A stretch of 64,000 nucleotides of DNA from a virus. Below the pieces are notes generated by a model, which was not told the DNA's origin, made no database searches, and saw only the letters and a list, made by a program, of their open reading frames with translations. The DNA lies in IMG/VR virus record IMGVR_UViG_3300035670_000127, positions 1 to 64,000 of that record; one strand, written 5' to 3'. The translations under genes and the position numbers were made by a program. This document shows positions 63,342 to 64,000 of this stretch, in pieces (position 1 is the stretch's first letter; each line of letters opens with the position of its first letter).

Positions 63342-63998
63342 TTAGTTGATTAAGTCTATACTGCATTGCCCTGATTTGCAATCTTCGGATTCGGCTGCAA
63401 CCCGTCGGTCAAATTGTCTGTCTAAATTGGTGTTATCCCAATCAATCGACTTGATTAATTCCGAACGCCGTTGGTATTCGGCGGCTGTCACTGGGGTTTG
63501 TGGGAGGTACGACTTGTTATCAATACTATCATAATTTTCGTATTTAAGCATAAATGCAGTGCTCACGTAGTCATCCCAATTTCGATAAATCCAGTTGGCC
63601 ATGCCGTCAAGCTCTGGTTCCGTAAAAGTGACGGTGCTACTTACGCTGGTGCCGGAGTAGTTTCTTATTAGCACTTGATAGCGATTAAGTTGGTCAAGTG
63701 CCGTCTCAGCGCACATGTCGATACCAGCCGCATTCGTCTGCCATTTGAAATCACCTTCCCAATGAATTGGAAACCCAATGATTACTGAACCCTCTATGTG
63801 AGGATTGGGTCGCACTTCAAGGCCGTGCGATTCTAGTAACGGCACCACCGGATCCGAGCCTGCAAAATTAACATAGTTAATTAAGTGTTTTGCAATTGGA
63901 TGGTGTGTACCCTCAGATGTCATAAATATACCTTTGCCGACGGTGCCATCTGGTTTAACTGTTGTGTACGTTGCGGAATGAGGTAAATCTAATTCGTC
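63342..63998 (-). CDS. nrdJ: Class II (AdoCbl-dependent) ribonucleotide reductase, C-terminal part (5' end outside the window)
   Basis: The frame extends upstream of the track ORF as ..PHSATYTTVKPDGTVGK..EGTHHP; also YLPQTPVT..EY and a C-terminal CKSGQC redox pair. Confidence 0.82.
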   Translation of the reverse strand, partial: DELDLPHSATYTTVKPDGTVGKGIFMTSEGTHHPIAKHLINYVNFAGSDPVVPLLESHGLEVRPNPHIEGSVIIGFPIHWEGDFKWQTNAAGIDMCAETALDQLNRYQVLIRNYSGTSVSSTVTFTEPELDGMANWIYRNWDDYVSTAFMLKYENYDSIDNKSYLPQTPVTAAEYQRRSELIKSIDWDNTNLDRQFDRRVAAESEDCKSGQCSIDLIN

Positions 63999-64000
63999 TG

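Noticed and set aside
1-64000. Specific host assignment (for example filamentous sulfur bacteria)
   Set aside because: The hints (WD40, sigma54 activator, lipoprotein, Mu-like head) suggest a Gram-negative host but are too indirect to name a taxon without searches.

Overview
This window is an internal 64 kb slice of a large temperate siphovirus-like genome that also carries plasmid-type maintenance functions, so it is probably a phage-plasmid. Right end (minus strand): a class II ribonucleotide reductase fragment, a PduO-type cobalamin adenosyltransferase and a DNA methyltransferase. These are followed by a Mu/D3112-like morphogenesis block: protease, decoration protein, major capsid, neck and tail-completion genes, tail tube with no sheath, a -1 frameshifting tail chaperone, a Mor-like activator, membrane/holin-like genes, portal and MuF. 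Left end (minus strand): an intact 7,052-aa tape measure protein with internal lytic-transglycosylase-like and NlpC/P60-like domains and several repeat families, then a tail protein that runs off the window. The ~26 kb between these blocks is accessory and replication DNA. It holds a decayed IscB (OMEGA) locus, a HAD phosphatase, a Pif1/RecD-like helicase and a D5/P4-type SF3 helicase with a downstream iteron origin. The helicase has an upstream counter-transcribed RNA and a predicted translation-activating pseudoknot. Also present are a WD40 protein, FtsK, an actin-like ParM/ParR/parC partition cassette, an LprI plus lysozyme pair, a hairpin-punctuated small-gene array with a type II hammerhead ribozyme, and a sigma54-type enhancer-binding protein with palindromic operators. 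A second iteron cluster lies between the portal and MuF genes. No terminase, integrase, transposase, tRNA or CRISPR array was seen in the window. All protein calls come from motif recognition by eye, not database searches.
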